DNA of 64,000 nt from Harriotta raleighana. Taxonomy: Eukaryota. The position numbers and the translations under genes were made by a program. Below, piece after piece: positions 1 through 13,580 of the stretch (positions within the stretch are counted from its first letter, which is position 1; each line of letters begins with the position of its first letter). Location of the stretch: assembly GCA_050575255.1 (NCBI GenBank), contig JBNZDD010013664.1:3256016-3320015 (forward strand), given 5' to 3'. Under the pieces are notes generated by a model. That model was not told the DNA's origin and searched no databases. It saw only the letters and a program-made list of their open reading frames with translations.

Positions 1-1883
1 ACAGACAGACACACACAGAGAGACACAGACAGACACACACACACACACACAGAGGGACACGCACACAGAGCCCGTGCCCACGGCTTTGAACACGAACTTG
101 GCTTCGTGGCTGTCTGTGGGACATTGCTGTGGCCAACTGTGCTTGTCGAGTTTCGCCCACAAAATACACAAACAGTCAGTCCAACCCACTTCACAGAACA
201 GTATCTGCTTTGTGAAGCCCTTTAAGACATCTCGACGACGTAATAAGACGCTGTAACAAATGCAAAAATTATCATAGAAGTAGGCACTTCATCTTTATTT
301 GCCAAACCCTGACTGTCCAGAGCCTTGGTCCGTCCTCCCCGCTGTGACACAAATGTCAGTTTGTTGTTGTTGTTGTTGTTCTTGTTGTTGCACCAACCTC
401 AATTCTTCTATTTCAGCACCGCGGCTGCAGTCTGTCCTGCCCTGTCCCCCAGCCCCCCAGCCCCCCAGCCCAGCCCAGCCCAGCAGACAGATGTAGCGGG
501 AGGGAGCGGGAGGGAGCCAGCGATCTGGGCATCTCCATTTTCTTTTTAACAAGGGCGAACGTCACATTCCGAAATTCTCAGATGTTTCTGCTTGAATGCT
601 GCCTGTAGTTTGCCAAAACCTTGTTGCAAAAGAAGTGTCTCCGAAATCAGATAAGTATGTAGTTTGGCTTTGTTTGAATTTGCCTTATGTTTTTGTTGGG
701 TCATCTCAATGCCCTGTTGTTTGCCTGGCATAGGACTTGTAATGTCCATAGATAGATCAGCTAGTTAAAACAATTAAGGTAAGCCCGAGAGCTATTTTAT
801 CTGTTTGATGGTTTGAGACATACTGATAACTTTGCAGCATATGATTAAACTTGCTTTCTGCCCGGTAAAATAGTGCTTATTGTAAACATATTCAGCACTT
901 TCAGAGGTAAAGGTTAATTATTAGACCCAGAATGATGATACAGAGACTGAAATCATTCTATTACTGAGAACACTGCTGCTGGGACAGAGCTGTAAGGTAA
1001 ATATGAGAGTAGTTATTGATCGGCTTTTACGGACATTCCTAAGATCAGGGTGCTCTTGGAACTGGAAATGCATTTTTGCAGTTTTTACGTTCAAGTGTTG
1101 TTGCAATTTTTTTTCTAGTTGTAGAATCTGCACCATATTGTAAGTGGGACAGATTCCATTGCATCAACAACCTAGGATAAAACAGCTAATATACTTTAGT
1201 TGGTGCCATTTGTACATGTAATTTTAACCATATCAAGTTTTTGACCTCTCTTTAGCAAAACAAAATGAATAAGGTTGCTAATGGTACACAACTTTAAACG
1301 AATGTCGTAAACTTTTCCATGAGAAGTTTAATTCCTTTATGCAGTGGTTCTTGGTACAATTGCTGTATTATTGTTGCATTACTGCTAATTTTGGACAGTA
1401 ACAATGTTTTTTTGGCCCTTGAATAGATTGAAGTGTTGTTGAATTACTGTAGATTGAAGTGGTAAATCTTTTTCAATTTTAGTGCAGATTAAATGAGCTG
1501 TAACATGTCACACAGAAGAAAACAATGAAAAAGTAACTGAACTGTAAGGCTATCTGTTCTTAATTAGATGCTTGAAAAGAAAATATGATATTTATTAATT
1601 GAGAAAATTGCTTCAACATTCTCAAAAACAGTGCAAAGATTTCTTGAGCACTTTCCAAAATACTGTTTAAACATTCTCATTTTACAGGTTTGAAGCTGTA
1701 TGGGTGTGACACAAGACTTGATTGAAGAGTGTAAAGGAAAACAACTTCTGATCCCTTTTAAGATTTGAAGTGGAAGATTTGAAGTTTGTGAGTTGCAATA
1801 TGTGAAAATAATTGGAAAATAATTGTTATCTTTTTTCAAATGGGAACCCAGGGAGGAGGAGGAATAAATTGAAACAGAATGTA

Positions 1884-2240
1884 CAGTAAAACCTTTGTTA
1901 TCCGGCACCCTCGGTAAATAACCTGTGCCGATTAATCAAATATGCCGGATATTTGAATGGCAAGTTGCCAAAAATCCAACAAACAAAAAATTTACTTATT
2001 TTAAAACATACCATATTAATAATAGACTAAATAATAACAGAATATTGTTTGGATACCTACTAATAAAGCATTCCAGCACACTTGGTAAAATGATCGATAA
2101 AAAAGCATTCCAGCATTTGTTAAATTTAATAAGTGCACATGTGCAAAATGAGCAAACTGTGAGTGTCCCATATGGCTACGGTATGAGATCCGGTTGCTGC
2201 AATATTGTATTGGGAGCACTGGATAAACAAGGTTTTACTG
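1884..2240. mobile_element. non-autonomous Tc1/mariner (pogo/Tigger-like) MITE
   Basis: TIRs CAGTAAAACCTTTGTTATCC / GGATAAACAAGGTTTTACTG flanked by TA on both sides. Confidence 0.8.
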
Positions 2241-3265
2241 TAGTTGTATTAATTATAGAGTGTCCTCCTACCCTCCAGTTACAAACAGTTATACGGTACT
2301 ACAGAGGAGCTGAAACAAGTTGTCAGAAAATGCATTCTGCCCAGTCGTCCCAACATAGTGCAAGCCTATAAAGCAGGCTGAGTGAAGTGAGAAGCCAGGT
2401 TGGTAGGATTGAAGGAGATTTTAGAGGTCTATGTGTGTGTTGGGAGGGGTTGAGGGGATGGGGGAGAGAGACAGTAGATGGATGCATTTACAGCCAGACA
2501 GTAAAAGGGTACAGAATTAGGTTGAAGTGCCTGCCCTGTTGCTGTAAGCAAGAATATAGTACAGCAGTAATCTTGCTATTCAAGATGTATCGCAGTTAAG
2601 TCCCAATATGACACTGTGGGTGCTCAATACCTGAGGTGCTTCCCTCCCTTGTTTTGCAACAAAAAAGGATCAGCCAATGAAATGTACAGTAGTTGTTAAA
2701 AACTTTGTTAGATACTGCCAAACCTTGCAGCAGCGTCCTGCTGGGAACGCAATGTACAGTATCTAATTTGGTCAGCATCGGTGTATGTCAAGCAGGGCAG
2801 GTCAGAATAATCCCACTACCATCATCCCAAATGTTAGAAAATATGCTTGTTTTGCAAGAGTTGCACATTCCACTTCATCAGTAATAATTAATCTCATAAC
2901 AGAATTAAAGTAATGGACTCCTNGTAATAATTAATCTCATAACAGAATTAAAACTTAAACCGGCATTTATTTTCAAATGAATGATTTTCGCTGTTAATCT
3001 GCATGTTTCCACAGCCCAACCATGAAATTGACCTGGCCATTGCATGTTTGACTTCTTTCATCTATCTGCATTCCACAATGGACCTTGCTATGCACAAATT
3101 ACCTGCTGTGTATTTCAAATACAGTCGCTCACATTACCTTAAACTTCTGTAAAGTGTTTTGAGATGTCTCAACTATGTGGTGAGACACATTATCAACTGC
3201 AAGAATTCTTATTAATAACGCACGTTATTTTGACACTGATCTGAATCTTGTTTGTTTCCTAGACA

Positions 3266-3452
3266 ATGACTTGGGACCGGCTGCTGCGTCTTGGCTCCAG
3301 GATGCAGCACCTGCTGAGATCTGATCTTCAAGGCCAAAGACCATGGCAATGTCCTATGAGAAAGGTGCTGCCTGCTTTGACTTTACAAAGACAGCAACAC
3401 AGTGTTCCAGAGGCTCAGAGCTGTTCCTGGTGGGTGCATGATAATCATTTGG
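3266..3452 (+). CDS. TMLHE: TMLHE first coding exon (MTWDRLLRLGSR..., probable mitochondrial targeting peptide)
   Basis: ttcctAG acceptor 3 nt before ATG 3266; donor G|GTAAG; phase 1 fits next exon. Confidence 0.85.
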
Positions 3453-3469
3453 GTAAGATTCAATAATAA

Positions 3470-3611
3470 CTTTCAAAAGGGAACTGGATATTTACTTCAA
3501 AATAATAAAATTGCAAGGCTTTGGGGGAAGGAGCGGGTGAGTGCGACTAGTTGATAGTTATTCCAAAGAGCTGGGACAGGCACAATGTGGTATAGGATTC
3601 TATGGTTCTAA
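3470..3611 (+). mobile_element. CR1-type LINE 3' tail fragment
   Basis: TTCAAAAGGGAACTGGAT...GGATTCTATGGTTCTA tail; related copies near 6880-7230, 37965-38170 and 39300-39580. Confidence 0.6.
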
Positions 3612-4165
3612 GTAGGATAGTGTCAGTTTAGGATTTGAACTCAATAATTTATTTGGATTTATTTTCTTCTCCCTAAATTTCTATATCATCCACTTTTTAC
3701 CAGTACTGTATTTACTTTTACCTTTTAGGTTTTAACCCATCTCTTTCATCCAATGATAGCCTTGATTTGGGCTTCGCCTCCACGAGTAAGCTTCCCAGAG
3801 TGATTTTCCTTCATGTTACCCATTACTCAATGTGGTGAACTCTGTACTCAGTAGTGAAACTGGGATTGGATAGTAGAGAAATCAGATTTATCCCACATAG
3901 CAGTGTAGTCAGGTCAGGGGTTGGAAGCTTCTCCAAATAGACATGATGTGCTCTAGTTTACTATGTGCTGATAAGATTTTCAGATTAGCAGTAACCAGTG
4001 ATGTAGTGTGATTGCTCCAGGCATAGATTTAATGCCCTCTGCACTTTTGAGGACTTCTGTTTCCGCTCCACTACAGTAATAACTTTCCATTGCTTCGATA
4101 CGTCACTCAGTGACTGAAAGATCGGTTAAGCCTCTTGCACTAAACACCTCTTGTTGGTATTCCAG

Positions 4166-4342
4166 AGCTGAAGTATTTAGACTTGGTGATGCGATTAGAT
4201 TACATTTGGCTGCGTGATCATTGCCGATCTCCATCGTGCTACAACGCAAAGACAAATCAGCGGAGCTTGGACACATCCCAGGTGGATTTAACAATCAAAC
4301 CATCAGAGATCCGTTCAGATAAAGACACAATCTACATCACTT
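4166..4342 (+). CDS. TMLHE: TMLHE coding exon 2 (ELKYLDLVMRLDYIWLRDHCRSPSCYNAKTNQRSLD...)
   Basis: AG/GT boundaries; GBBH-like N-terminal Zn-site motif. Confidence 0.95.
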
Positions 4343-5044
4343 GTAAGTGTCTTGGCTCCTTCATACGTTCAGCACATTCTTTTTTTTGCAACCAAGGTGT
4401 TTAAACTAGGTGACCTTTATTCTAATCACAGTTGGAATGCAAATCACTGGGGTATAAACACAAATGCAATACAACTGCACCTCCAGCTGCAGACCTTTTC
4501 CCCATGAGAAAATTACTGATAAGGACTGAAAACAGATTGCTGTTTATAAACAGTCTGTTGTTTCTATTTAAAGCATTAATTTATAGAATCTTACAATAAG
4601 ATGTAGATGGGATATAAAATTTATCATGTTTCTCATGCATCTAAGGTGAGCAACACATGAATGCAAAGCTTTCAACTAAAGTGTCTTACTGCTTTGGATG
4701 TGAAAGGATGTGTTATGGGAGGGGATCCATAATCTGTTAAATGAAAATAAACTAGACATTGTATGATTTGCTCTGGCCTCTCTGTTCCACTAACGTTGGC
4801 CACACGTTCAGCCACTCCACTCCGAAACTCTGCAACACTCTTCCTCTTTCTCTCTGCCTTGCCCCTTCCTTCCCAGTGTCACAGTGGTCAGATTGTGTCT
4901 GAAGACCTTCCTCATGCCAAAGGTCAACTCTCCCAGCTCGGCATCGAGCTTCATGACTGACAAGCATTCTGGGTGCATGTAAGCACATTGAGCAAAGAAG
5001 TGACATTTCATATACACTATTTATATTGAGTATGTCTTTGAGCC

Positions 5045-5870
5045 ATGACCCATTCTACCTTCCCTCACCTCCGTTATATTGCCCAATTTTGCCACTACCT
5101 CATTCCTCAGGATGTTGAAATCCTCATTCACGCCTTCATCACATCCCGGCTCGATTACGCCAACTCCCTGCTTGTCGGCCTTCCCAATTTCTTCCTACAT
5201 AGGCTGCAGATAATCCAGAACTCTGCAGCCCAAGTCCTCTACAGCTCCAAGCTTAGTGACCCCATTTCCCCCATCCTCGCCTGACTCCACTAGCTCCCCA
5301 TCACCCTGAGGATTCAATTCTAGACCTTGGTCCACACATTCAAAGCCCTCAGTGGCCTCGCCCCACCCTATCTCTGCGACCGCCTAACCCCCTACCAACC
5401 TGCCCATCCCCTCAGCGCTAACACCATCCTACTTAGAATCATAGAATCCTATAACACACCTGAAAGAGCTACCAACTAGTCACACTCCCTCGCTCTTTCC
5501 CCAAAGCCTTGTAATTCTTTTGAATAAAAGAACTTGCTCGGCCCCTGCACTCAGCAGGCTCCAGTCTACTCCATGTCCCCCAACCCACCCGCCCCACCAT
5601 TGATGGGCGAGCCTTCTGCTCCCAACCTCTGGAACTCCATCCCACAATCCCTCCACTTCACCCACTCCCTAGTCTCCTTCAAGTCCCATCTCGAGACCCT
5701 CCTCTTTGATGTTCCCATCGGTCACCCCAAATCCCCTCCTTTCACTCTACCCTCCTTTTCCCCGACCCCAGTTCAGGTCTGAAACAGTGTATGTCCAGCG
5801 CCTTGGGACGTTCTCCAGACATGAAAGTGTGATTATATGCATTACATGTAAGTGTAATTTTGTTATTGTT
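5045..5870 (+). mobile_element. L2-clade LINE 3' fragment, with a CR1-tail insertion
   Basis: translates [19 protein letters not shown]...LQIIQNSAA, typical of the L2 ORF2 C-terminus; stops and frameshifts. Confidence 0.85.
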
Positions 5871-6138
5871 GTCTTGCACAATCCAAATATAATTGCCGCT
5901 TGCTTCCTTATTGTTGTGTCATCCTCTTACATGCCTCAATAATCGCTTCAAAGAAAAAGAATTTGGTCGCACAGTCCATGACTGTTTGTGGGACACTGTT
6001 GTGTGTAATTGGCTGCTGGGTTTGCCCACAAAATACAATCAATCCTATGTATTCTGTGAAGTGCTTTGAGACGTCTCGAAGATGTGATGAAGCCCATATC
6101 AAATGCACGGATTATATTGTTTTCATTTTCACCTCTAG

Positions 6139-6415
6139 GGCCGGATAAACACATGACGAAATATGGACTATCATGGTTGGCAAAACACTCTTTTGAAGGC
6201 CAGAAGCATTATGTTCAACCAAGTGTTCTCTGGAACTCTGCCGTTTATAAAGATGCCCAAATGCCGTACATCACTTACAATAGCCTGATGGAATCCAATG
6301 AGGAATTTAAAAAATTCTTAGAAACGTTCCTACTATATGGCTTCTCATTTGTTGATGAAGTCCCTGTTAGTATTGAGGCAACTGAGGCTGTAGCTCTACG
6401 TGTTGGCTTAATAAG
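6139..6415 (+). CDS. TMLHE: TMLHE coding exon 3 (WPDKHMTKYGLSWL...FLLYGFSFVDEVP...)
   Basis: AG/GT boundaries, in frame. Confidence 0.95.
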
Positions 6416-7455
6416 GTGAGAGCTTTGTATTTAACAGTGCTATTCCTGAGGTTGTGGTCCTTCAGCTCTAACTCAGTAGGATTATTCTTACCTACTGCTA
6501 GATAGGGATTTTTTGTTTGCTGGATTTTTTTCTCCAAGATTGTAATTGTTGCTTGGGCTCCCTACAGTACCTCGCTACTATCGCCTCTCTTCTTGGATGA
6601 GCCTAGAAAGTGAATGTCAGAAGGCTGATTGGCTGTGGATATCCCATTGTATTCTCACCCACTAACTATGTGTGTCTTTCCAGCCAGGGTCATTTTATAG
6701 TTCCCTGCAACAGGAGTCCCATCTTTCCCTCTGCCTCCCTTCATATATATCTTTATCTTTCTCAGCCCAAGGCTGCTAGCTGCTTGTCTGTCTGAGATAG
6801 CTAACTATGCACCGACCAGGTATCATATCCCTCCTTACCTCACCTCGACCGCCCCCCAACATAAGATTTTACTCAAAAGAATCCTACCGTACAGGAAGCT
6901 ATTTGGCCCATCATGCCTGTGCCATCTGTTTAAAAGAGTTGTGGCACTTCCCATAGTCTTGCAATATTTTCCTTTTCAAATATCTATCTGATTCCCTTTT
7001 TAAATTAATTATTAATTCTGCTTCCACCAGCTTTTCAAGCAGTGCATTTCAGATCATAACAACCTGCTGTGTTTATTTCTAAAATTCTCCTCATTGAAGT
7101 TGTTCAGATCTGGATTTGCTGGGCAATGGGGAGAGAGCAGGGGATTGGGAATAATTTGTACAACTCTTTCAAAAAGCTGCCACAAACACAATGGGCTGAA
7201 ATGGCCTCCTTCTGTGCTGTATGATTCTACATCTCTCTGGTTCTTTTGCCATGTGTGTTACTGAATTGAATTTACCTTGAAATTGCTACACACAGAAAGA
7301 TTGATCATACTGTCAGTTCTGGCTTCTTTCTTTTAAAGAGCAAGCGACAGGTGGCTGGTTAGTTTGTTTCAATGAATTGTTAGCAAAGATATAAAACTTG
7401 ACGCAATATTTTAAGATGCTTTTGAAGTGATACTAATTTGGTGTCCTGATTCCAG

Positions 7456-7575
7456 GGAGTCTATTTATGGTCGCCTTTGGGATTTCACTTCAGACTTCTC
7501 TCGTGGTGACACTGCTTACACCAAAGTGGCTCTGGATCGGCACATCGACACCACGTATTTCCAGGAACCTTGTGG
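7456..7575 (+). CDS. TMLHE: TMLHE coding exon 4 (ESIYGRLWDFTSDFSRGDTAYTKVALDRHIDTTYFQEPCG)
   Basis: AG/GT boundaries; HxD motif. Confidence 0.97.
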
Positions 7576-8029
7576 GTATGTTAACTGCTTGTTTGGACAC
7601 CAGACGACTAAAGTTTCTTCTTTCTCATTCTTCCCTTCCATTTCTCCTCTGGGGTCACAAAACCATCAGGAATCAACAGTTTCATTCATTCCCAGAAGTG
7701 AAAGCAAACTATCCATAATCTTAAATGTTACCAATTATGAGGAATAATAATAATCCTTGCATTTGATATAGCGCTTTTCATGTCTTGTAGATATCTCAAA
7801 GCGCTTCAAAGAACATGTTGTAAAGTGAATTGACTATATATGTAGGCGAAACACGGCAGCCAGTTGCACACAGCAGTGTCCCACAAACAGTAGTGGATTG
7901 AAATGACCAATTTTTTTTCAGGGATTATTATCGGGCATGATAATAATAAGTAATGGTAAATGCTTTAAACAAAGTACAGAATTATTACCTTCTGCTTTAT
8001 CTCACAAGATTTTTCTTTGCTTCTTTCAG

Positions 8030-8266
8030 GATTCAGCTATTCCATTGTCTGAAGCACGATGGGACAGGTGGAAGAACCTTATTGGTGGATGGATTTAATG
8101 CTGCGGAAAACGTACGAAAAGAAAATCCAGATCAGTTTGACGTACTTACCAAAGTCCCAATAAAACACGAATATATAGAGAATGTATCAGACTACCACAA
8201 TCATATGATTGGCATTGGACCAGTCCTTAATATTTATCCATGGAATAAAGAATTGTACATGATAAG
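8030..8266 (+). CDS. TMLHE: TMLHE coding exon 5 (IQLFHCLKHDGTGGRTLLVDGF...)
   Basis: AG/GT boundaries; TauD-type domain sequence. Confidence 0.97.
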
Positions 8267-8820
8267 GTGAGGCTAATAATACTAAACTGATATTTTAACC
8301 TTTCTATTCCTCAACTGAGAGATATAATGGCACTTTAGTGTCAAGTGTCTCAATGAGCAATTTGTACATCCTGAAAGATGCTATGAATGTTGAACAGTGA
8401 TCAGAGCTACTGCCACTATCAGACTGAAAGTCTCTTGTACAAAGATGGTTTGCTCAGTCTATCAGACACCTGGTTCCTCACATTGACCTTATTATACAAA
8501 TATAATATTGTTGTTAAATGTGCCACATCCAGAATTATTGGAGGTACCGTCACATTGACTGCAGAAGTCCCAACGAATAATGCAACTTTTTCCCCACCAC
8601 AGGCTACCTTGTGAGGAATTTCCTTCCTTTTTCCAGTTTCCATACAACTTATATGGTTGCTTTGAACAGTTGTTGCAAGTTGTCTAACAGTGTGTCTTGT
8701 TCAGGATTTCTATAGACTAACAGTAAACTAGTGGAAAAAAACCTCTCTGCTGTCTTTGCTGTGTGGAATTTCTGTGTTCTTATCGATTAGTAATGTTTCT
8801 GACCAGTGTTCTATCTACAG

Positions 8821-8959
8821 GTATAACAACTATGACCGAGCTGTTATAAACACAGTACCTTATGATGTAGTCCACCAATGGTATGTTGCACATCGTGCCC
8901 TTACAACAGAACTCAGAAAGCCTGAGAATGAAATCTGGGTGAAGCTCAAGCCTGGAAAG
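8821..8959 (+). CDS. TMLHE: TMLHE coding exon 6 (YNNYDRAVINTVPYDVV...KLKPGK)
   Basis: AG/GT boundaries, in frame. Confidence 0.97.
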
Positions 8960-9005
8960 GTAAGGAAACCCCTGTTTACATTGGAATATTTTTAGGCCCT
9001 GCAGA

Positions 9006-9044
<39 letters not shown>

Positions 9045-9959
9045 CTTTCTTCAGCAATCTTGGGGAGTGAGCACAAACCTACTCTTTATCCAGAGCCTCA
9101 GTAAACATAACCTTCCAGGAGTGATTTTACACAACCAAACCATTAATTTCAGTAAAATAACTAAGTATGTATAAGCAATTGGTAACTACCAACAGCATTT
9201 ATATTTATATAGTGTCTTTCTCATCAGAAAGATGTATCTGAGATTTGATTTGCTTGTATTGCCACACCTCAACACTTATATTGCACATTTCACGTCGGGA
9301 AGACCTCAAATTAGGACCAACAACAACTTGCATTTATGTAGCGGCCTTTATGCAGGATGGTTTCTTTGGAAGGCTTAAAGAGTAAAGTTGAAGTGAGTCA
9401 TCTTCTAGGGATATTTGCCCTGTACTAATGAGGTGTAGATTCTCAGTCACTTGCATTTAATAGGTCAGATTATTTAAAACTATATTTGTCTGCTGCAGTT
9501 TAACCACAGTTCAGTTCCAATATGCACAAGGCACCCGTCTCCTCAAACAGGTATTAAACCACTAGTGTTGCAGGTTGTCGTGTCCCTGTTTTGCCCAGTT
9601 GTCTCCATTTTTCTACGGTTTTCACTTGGGGATGAGGAGGGAATGAAAAAAAGGATTGATTTTCTACCCTTCTAATGTGTAGCAAATACAATTGAAAATA
9701 ATACAGTAATAAAGGAAAACGTACATAATAAAATATGAAATACAACTTAAAAGTCTGAATTGTAGGACAGGTGTATCAGACCTGATCCACAGCTTACTTG
9801 TATTTTATTAACATCGGTCTTGGTTAAGAGAAATTTAGAGACAGTGAAGACTGTTTGAATTGCTTTTTGGGTAAATCTCTAACTTTGGAGGATCGAAATT
9901 CTGATCCATGCTAACTGGTGAAAGGCAAGTCTCTCAACGGTTTTCTGTATTTGCTGCAG

Positions 9960-10091
9960 ATTTTATTTGTGGACAACTGGAGAGTATTACATGGTCGAGA
10001 AGTGTTTACTGGTTACCGTCGCCTGTGTGGCTGTTACCTCACCAGGGATGACGTGCTCAACACAGCAAGGTCTCTTGGCATTAATGTATGA
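9960..10091 (+). CDS. TMLHE: TMLHE last coding exon (ILFVDNWRVLHGREVFTGYRRLCGCYLTRDDVLNTARSLGINV*)
   Basis: tgcAG acceptor; distal His ligand (LHGR); TGA 10089-10091. Confidence 0.96.
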   Translation: MLFVDNWRVLHGREVFTGYRRLCGCYLTRDDVLNTARSLGINV

Positions 10092-12849
10092 AAAGGTACC
10101 AAGTGGATGAACTGATAAAGATGGACTGACTGCCTGTACCAGATGTCTGCCATTTCTCTAAACTCTAGCTTTAATCTTTATCTGGTGAAGTGACCTCAAC
10201 GACTGTTGTATTTTAAAGGCTTTTAAGATGACACAATGGAGCATTTTTCAAACAATTACGTTTATCATTGCATCACGTTGGCTTTCCCCTGCTCAAAAAT
10301 GTTTCCCTTTATATGTCTTTGATTTTAAGCTCTTAGTGAATAACATTTAGGAGGGGGTGGAAACTGGGAAATGGGCTCAAAACTCACCATTATTAGCATT
10401 GCACTTCTCAATTTAGCACAAGGAGGTTTGTTGCCATCTCTGCACTGGTTTTAAGGTGCATTTTGGACATTGTTTCGGAAGGATTTCTATCCTCCAGCTT
10501 TCAACACCCACCCCTCTCTTCCCACGGTGTCTTCCGAAGGGAAAACCAAGCGCACAGAAACTTAACAGGAATTATTTGCACTAGGTTTTTTTAGGCTTCT
10601 GAATCACTGCACAGAGACTTTTCTTTTCTGTAACAAACAATGTTTCAGTACACGTGGGAAAAGCTGAGTAATTCCTGCTCACCATGGGTGGGCCAGGGAC
10701 TCAACAAATCTATGCACATTGTGTAATCTGTCATCAGTTTAGAGGAGTTTTATGTTTATCGCATCCTTTTAACCTGCAGAGTTTATATAAATAATTATGT
10801 GCTTTCCTAATGAATTTTTTTTAAACTAAACCCACTTTTACAAACTAAAATCCAATTGTGCTGCTGGTAATTGGATCTAAAATCATTGTAACACTCATTT
10901 AACCACAAATAAACTAGCTTTGCTGAAGACTGAATGGTGTTCTGTTTATCCAGGCTGCTGAAATCAATTGCACCACACAATACATCACCCGCCTTTCCTG
11001 AACTTCGCATTAGGAAAACAAAATATTGTACTTTATAATGTAATCTTGAAGTTTCTTCTGCCATTTGATTATAATAAATAATAATCATCCTTGTATTTGA
11101 TACAGCGCTTTTCATGTCTTCTAGGTGTCTCAAAGCGCTTCATGGAATATACTATATAATATGTAAAGTGAAATTGACTGTATTTGTGAGCGAACTACGA
11201 TTCTTGTCGATGTTTTACAATGATTCGAGAAACCAAGCCAAGAATTCCTGTGAGGAAAATTTAACTCATGGTAGCAGAGTGCACAGAGCTCAATGAAAAG
11301 TAATTGCCAACCTTTCGAAATGAAATAGTTTCATCATGTTTATTATTGCTCTAACAGCAGTATTACATGGTGATGAAATCATTTCTTTATAACTTTAATT
11401 GCAAAACCCAATTCCCCAAAGGAAACATCAAAAATTGCCAAACTTGATTAATATTTCAAAGCAAGCCTTGAAATATTTGAAAATAATTACTGACTACAGT
11501 ATTTCAGAATGATTCCGGAAAGATAATTGTACAGAGTTTTTCAAGACAAGCCTTGAATTATTAGGAAATGTTTTCAACTAGCGAAACAACAACAAAATTG
11601 CATTTATACAGTGCCTTTCACGTCGAGAGGACGTTCCAAGGCATTGAAACCGTGATGACCACACCTTGGCCACCGATGGCAATGTAGATATTGATTAGAA
11701 GTTACAAGTCGCAAATGTTTCTTATTGGTACCTGAGTATTGTGATGGGCTCCCAACTTTTGCCTGGACTCTGTCCTGAAGTACTGCACAGAGAAGACGCA
11801 AACTGCACTCTGGTCATGCTTGACTCTCTTCAAGGACGGCAAGATCCAAATGCAGATCAAGCAACACCCGAGACCTCTGTGTGAACAGTCCTCCTTTATG
11901 GATCTGAGCCCCTATGGATGCAGCAGAGGGGCTTCAGTGAGATCAATTATTTCCATTATTCTCCCTTAAGGAAATTACACTCGTTCGTATTTCCCCTACA
12001 ACCACAAAATTAACTTTGTATGGTGCCTTTCAAGTTGGAAGGTCCTAAGTGGCTATTCCTTAGGTGTAACCGAGTCAGTTTAAAAAAAAGTGGTAATTCG
12101 TTCCATGATTGTTTGCAAGACATTTCTTGCCCACAAAATGTATAGTCAATTCACTTTAAGTACATTCTGTGAGGCGCTTTGAGTCTCGAAGATGTGACAA
12201 ATGGGTATTATCTACTTATTGGCAAAGTCCAGGATCAAGTGAGATGGATTTGTGGCAAACACTTGGAAGTTCCTGCAGGGAGGGAGGCTCTGGTCTATAC
12301 TGACCTGTTCGTAGACATCCTGGAGGCACAGGGTTCAAGGGTTTGCTAAGGCTTCTCACATAAGGACCTGGATTAAGCAGCTGGTGCTTAGTAAGGTTGG
12401 TATGTGACATTAGACTTGAAACTTGAGAACATCAAGGTGGCTAACACAGTTTGCCCTGTAAAGATCCTCCCATCAAGCTGAAGGCAACTGTTTGTCAATA
12501 ACTGGTGAGGAAACTGAGGTTTGCTAAGAGGCAGCCTTAAGTTTCCAGGAGCATGCATTTCTCCAGCGCCTGGAATCCATCTTGATTGCAGTGGGATAAG
12601 CAGCTGCTGCTTAAGCTCCTCATCTCCAACAGTTGGAATTTTTGCTCAATGGGAGATGTGTAGTAATGAAGCTGAAGACAGGGAGATGGTGCTCTCACAC
12701 ATTACATGCTGAACTGTATTGCCTTCCAGGAAACTTGCAGGGAGTTCCTGGTACCTACCTAATGAGGACTCACTCGGTGCTTGTTGGATGTCAAATGACC
12801 AACTAGTGACTAACCTTCTTGGGAGGGGAGAGATCTTCTTGGAGCTAAA

Positions 12850-13355
12850 TTGTCTTTAAGGTGGAATGTTTGGCAACAGAATGTTAGAATCAAGCCAACC
12901 CTCTGTGGTGGTCTCAGTTGTCCAGTTCCTGAGATGGGTTGGCAGTCCTCCAGAGCACTGCACAGCCTGGGTCATCGGCAGGACTTGCAAGGGCAGCCCA
13001 GTCCTGGGGGCATGGACTCTTTCAACACAGCTCCCGTTACCTAAATCTGAAATGGGTATGGTGGTCCTAGGTGGACAAGCAGCAGGAAAGCTTGCAAGGC
13101 AATGCTCTCAATGGCAAGTGATGTGGTTTTAGCTGGTTAGACTTCAGCAGTTCCTGCAATGCACACTCTGGGGTTCCCAAGCCTTGGGACTTGCCATTCT
13201 GAGCCTAACATTGTACTTAACGGAATTAGGGAAGCAGGATGCTTACCCCCAGTAAGTGATCAATAAACATTTCTGGAATTCTCATGTGTAGGTGGGATTA
13301 ATGTTCTTAAACATGGTGATGGGTTTCCACGTGTCAGAAACCTAAAGACCAAAAA
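12850..13355 (+). repeat. unclassified interspersed repeat family
   Basis: shared segment ...GGTTTTAGCT..AGACT..AGCAGTT...GCACACTCTGGGG..CCCA..CCTTGG... also near 42380-42780, 54860-55230 and 58860-59050(-). Confidence 0.6.
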
Positions 13356-13580
13356 ATATTGACGGTGCTGATGAGCTGCAGATAGCTGAGCAGCGATGAC
13401 TGACACAGTGGAAGATCACAGTGGCGTCTTCGGCAAATCCAAGGATTATTAGTTATAATAATAATAATCCTTGCATTTGATATAGCGACTTATAACATCT
13501 TTTGAGACGTCTCAAAGCACTTTACGCATGTGCCCTGGGACATCCTCCCGACGTGAAAGGCTCTCTATAAATGTGATTTT

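Larger units (their letters stand above)
3266..10091 (+). other. TMLHE: TMLHE gene span (trimethyllysine dioxygenase, mitochondrial; carnitine biosynthesis), 7 coding exons, 422 aa
   Basis: join(3266-3452,4166-4342,6139-6415,7456-7575,8030-8266,8821-8959,9960-10091)=1269 nt, all GT-AG, frame-consistent; motifs DYIWLRDHCRS, RHIDTTYF (HxD Fe ligands), DNWRVLHGR. Confidence 0.96.

Noticed and set aside
2881-2953. Short direct duplications flanking single n bases (also about 39736-40045, 53962-54130, and 63535-63620 vs 63910-64000)
   Set aside because: Each is centred on an n or a gap, typical of unmerged contig overlaps; treated as assembly artefact.
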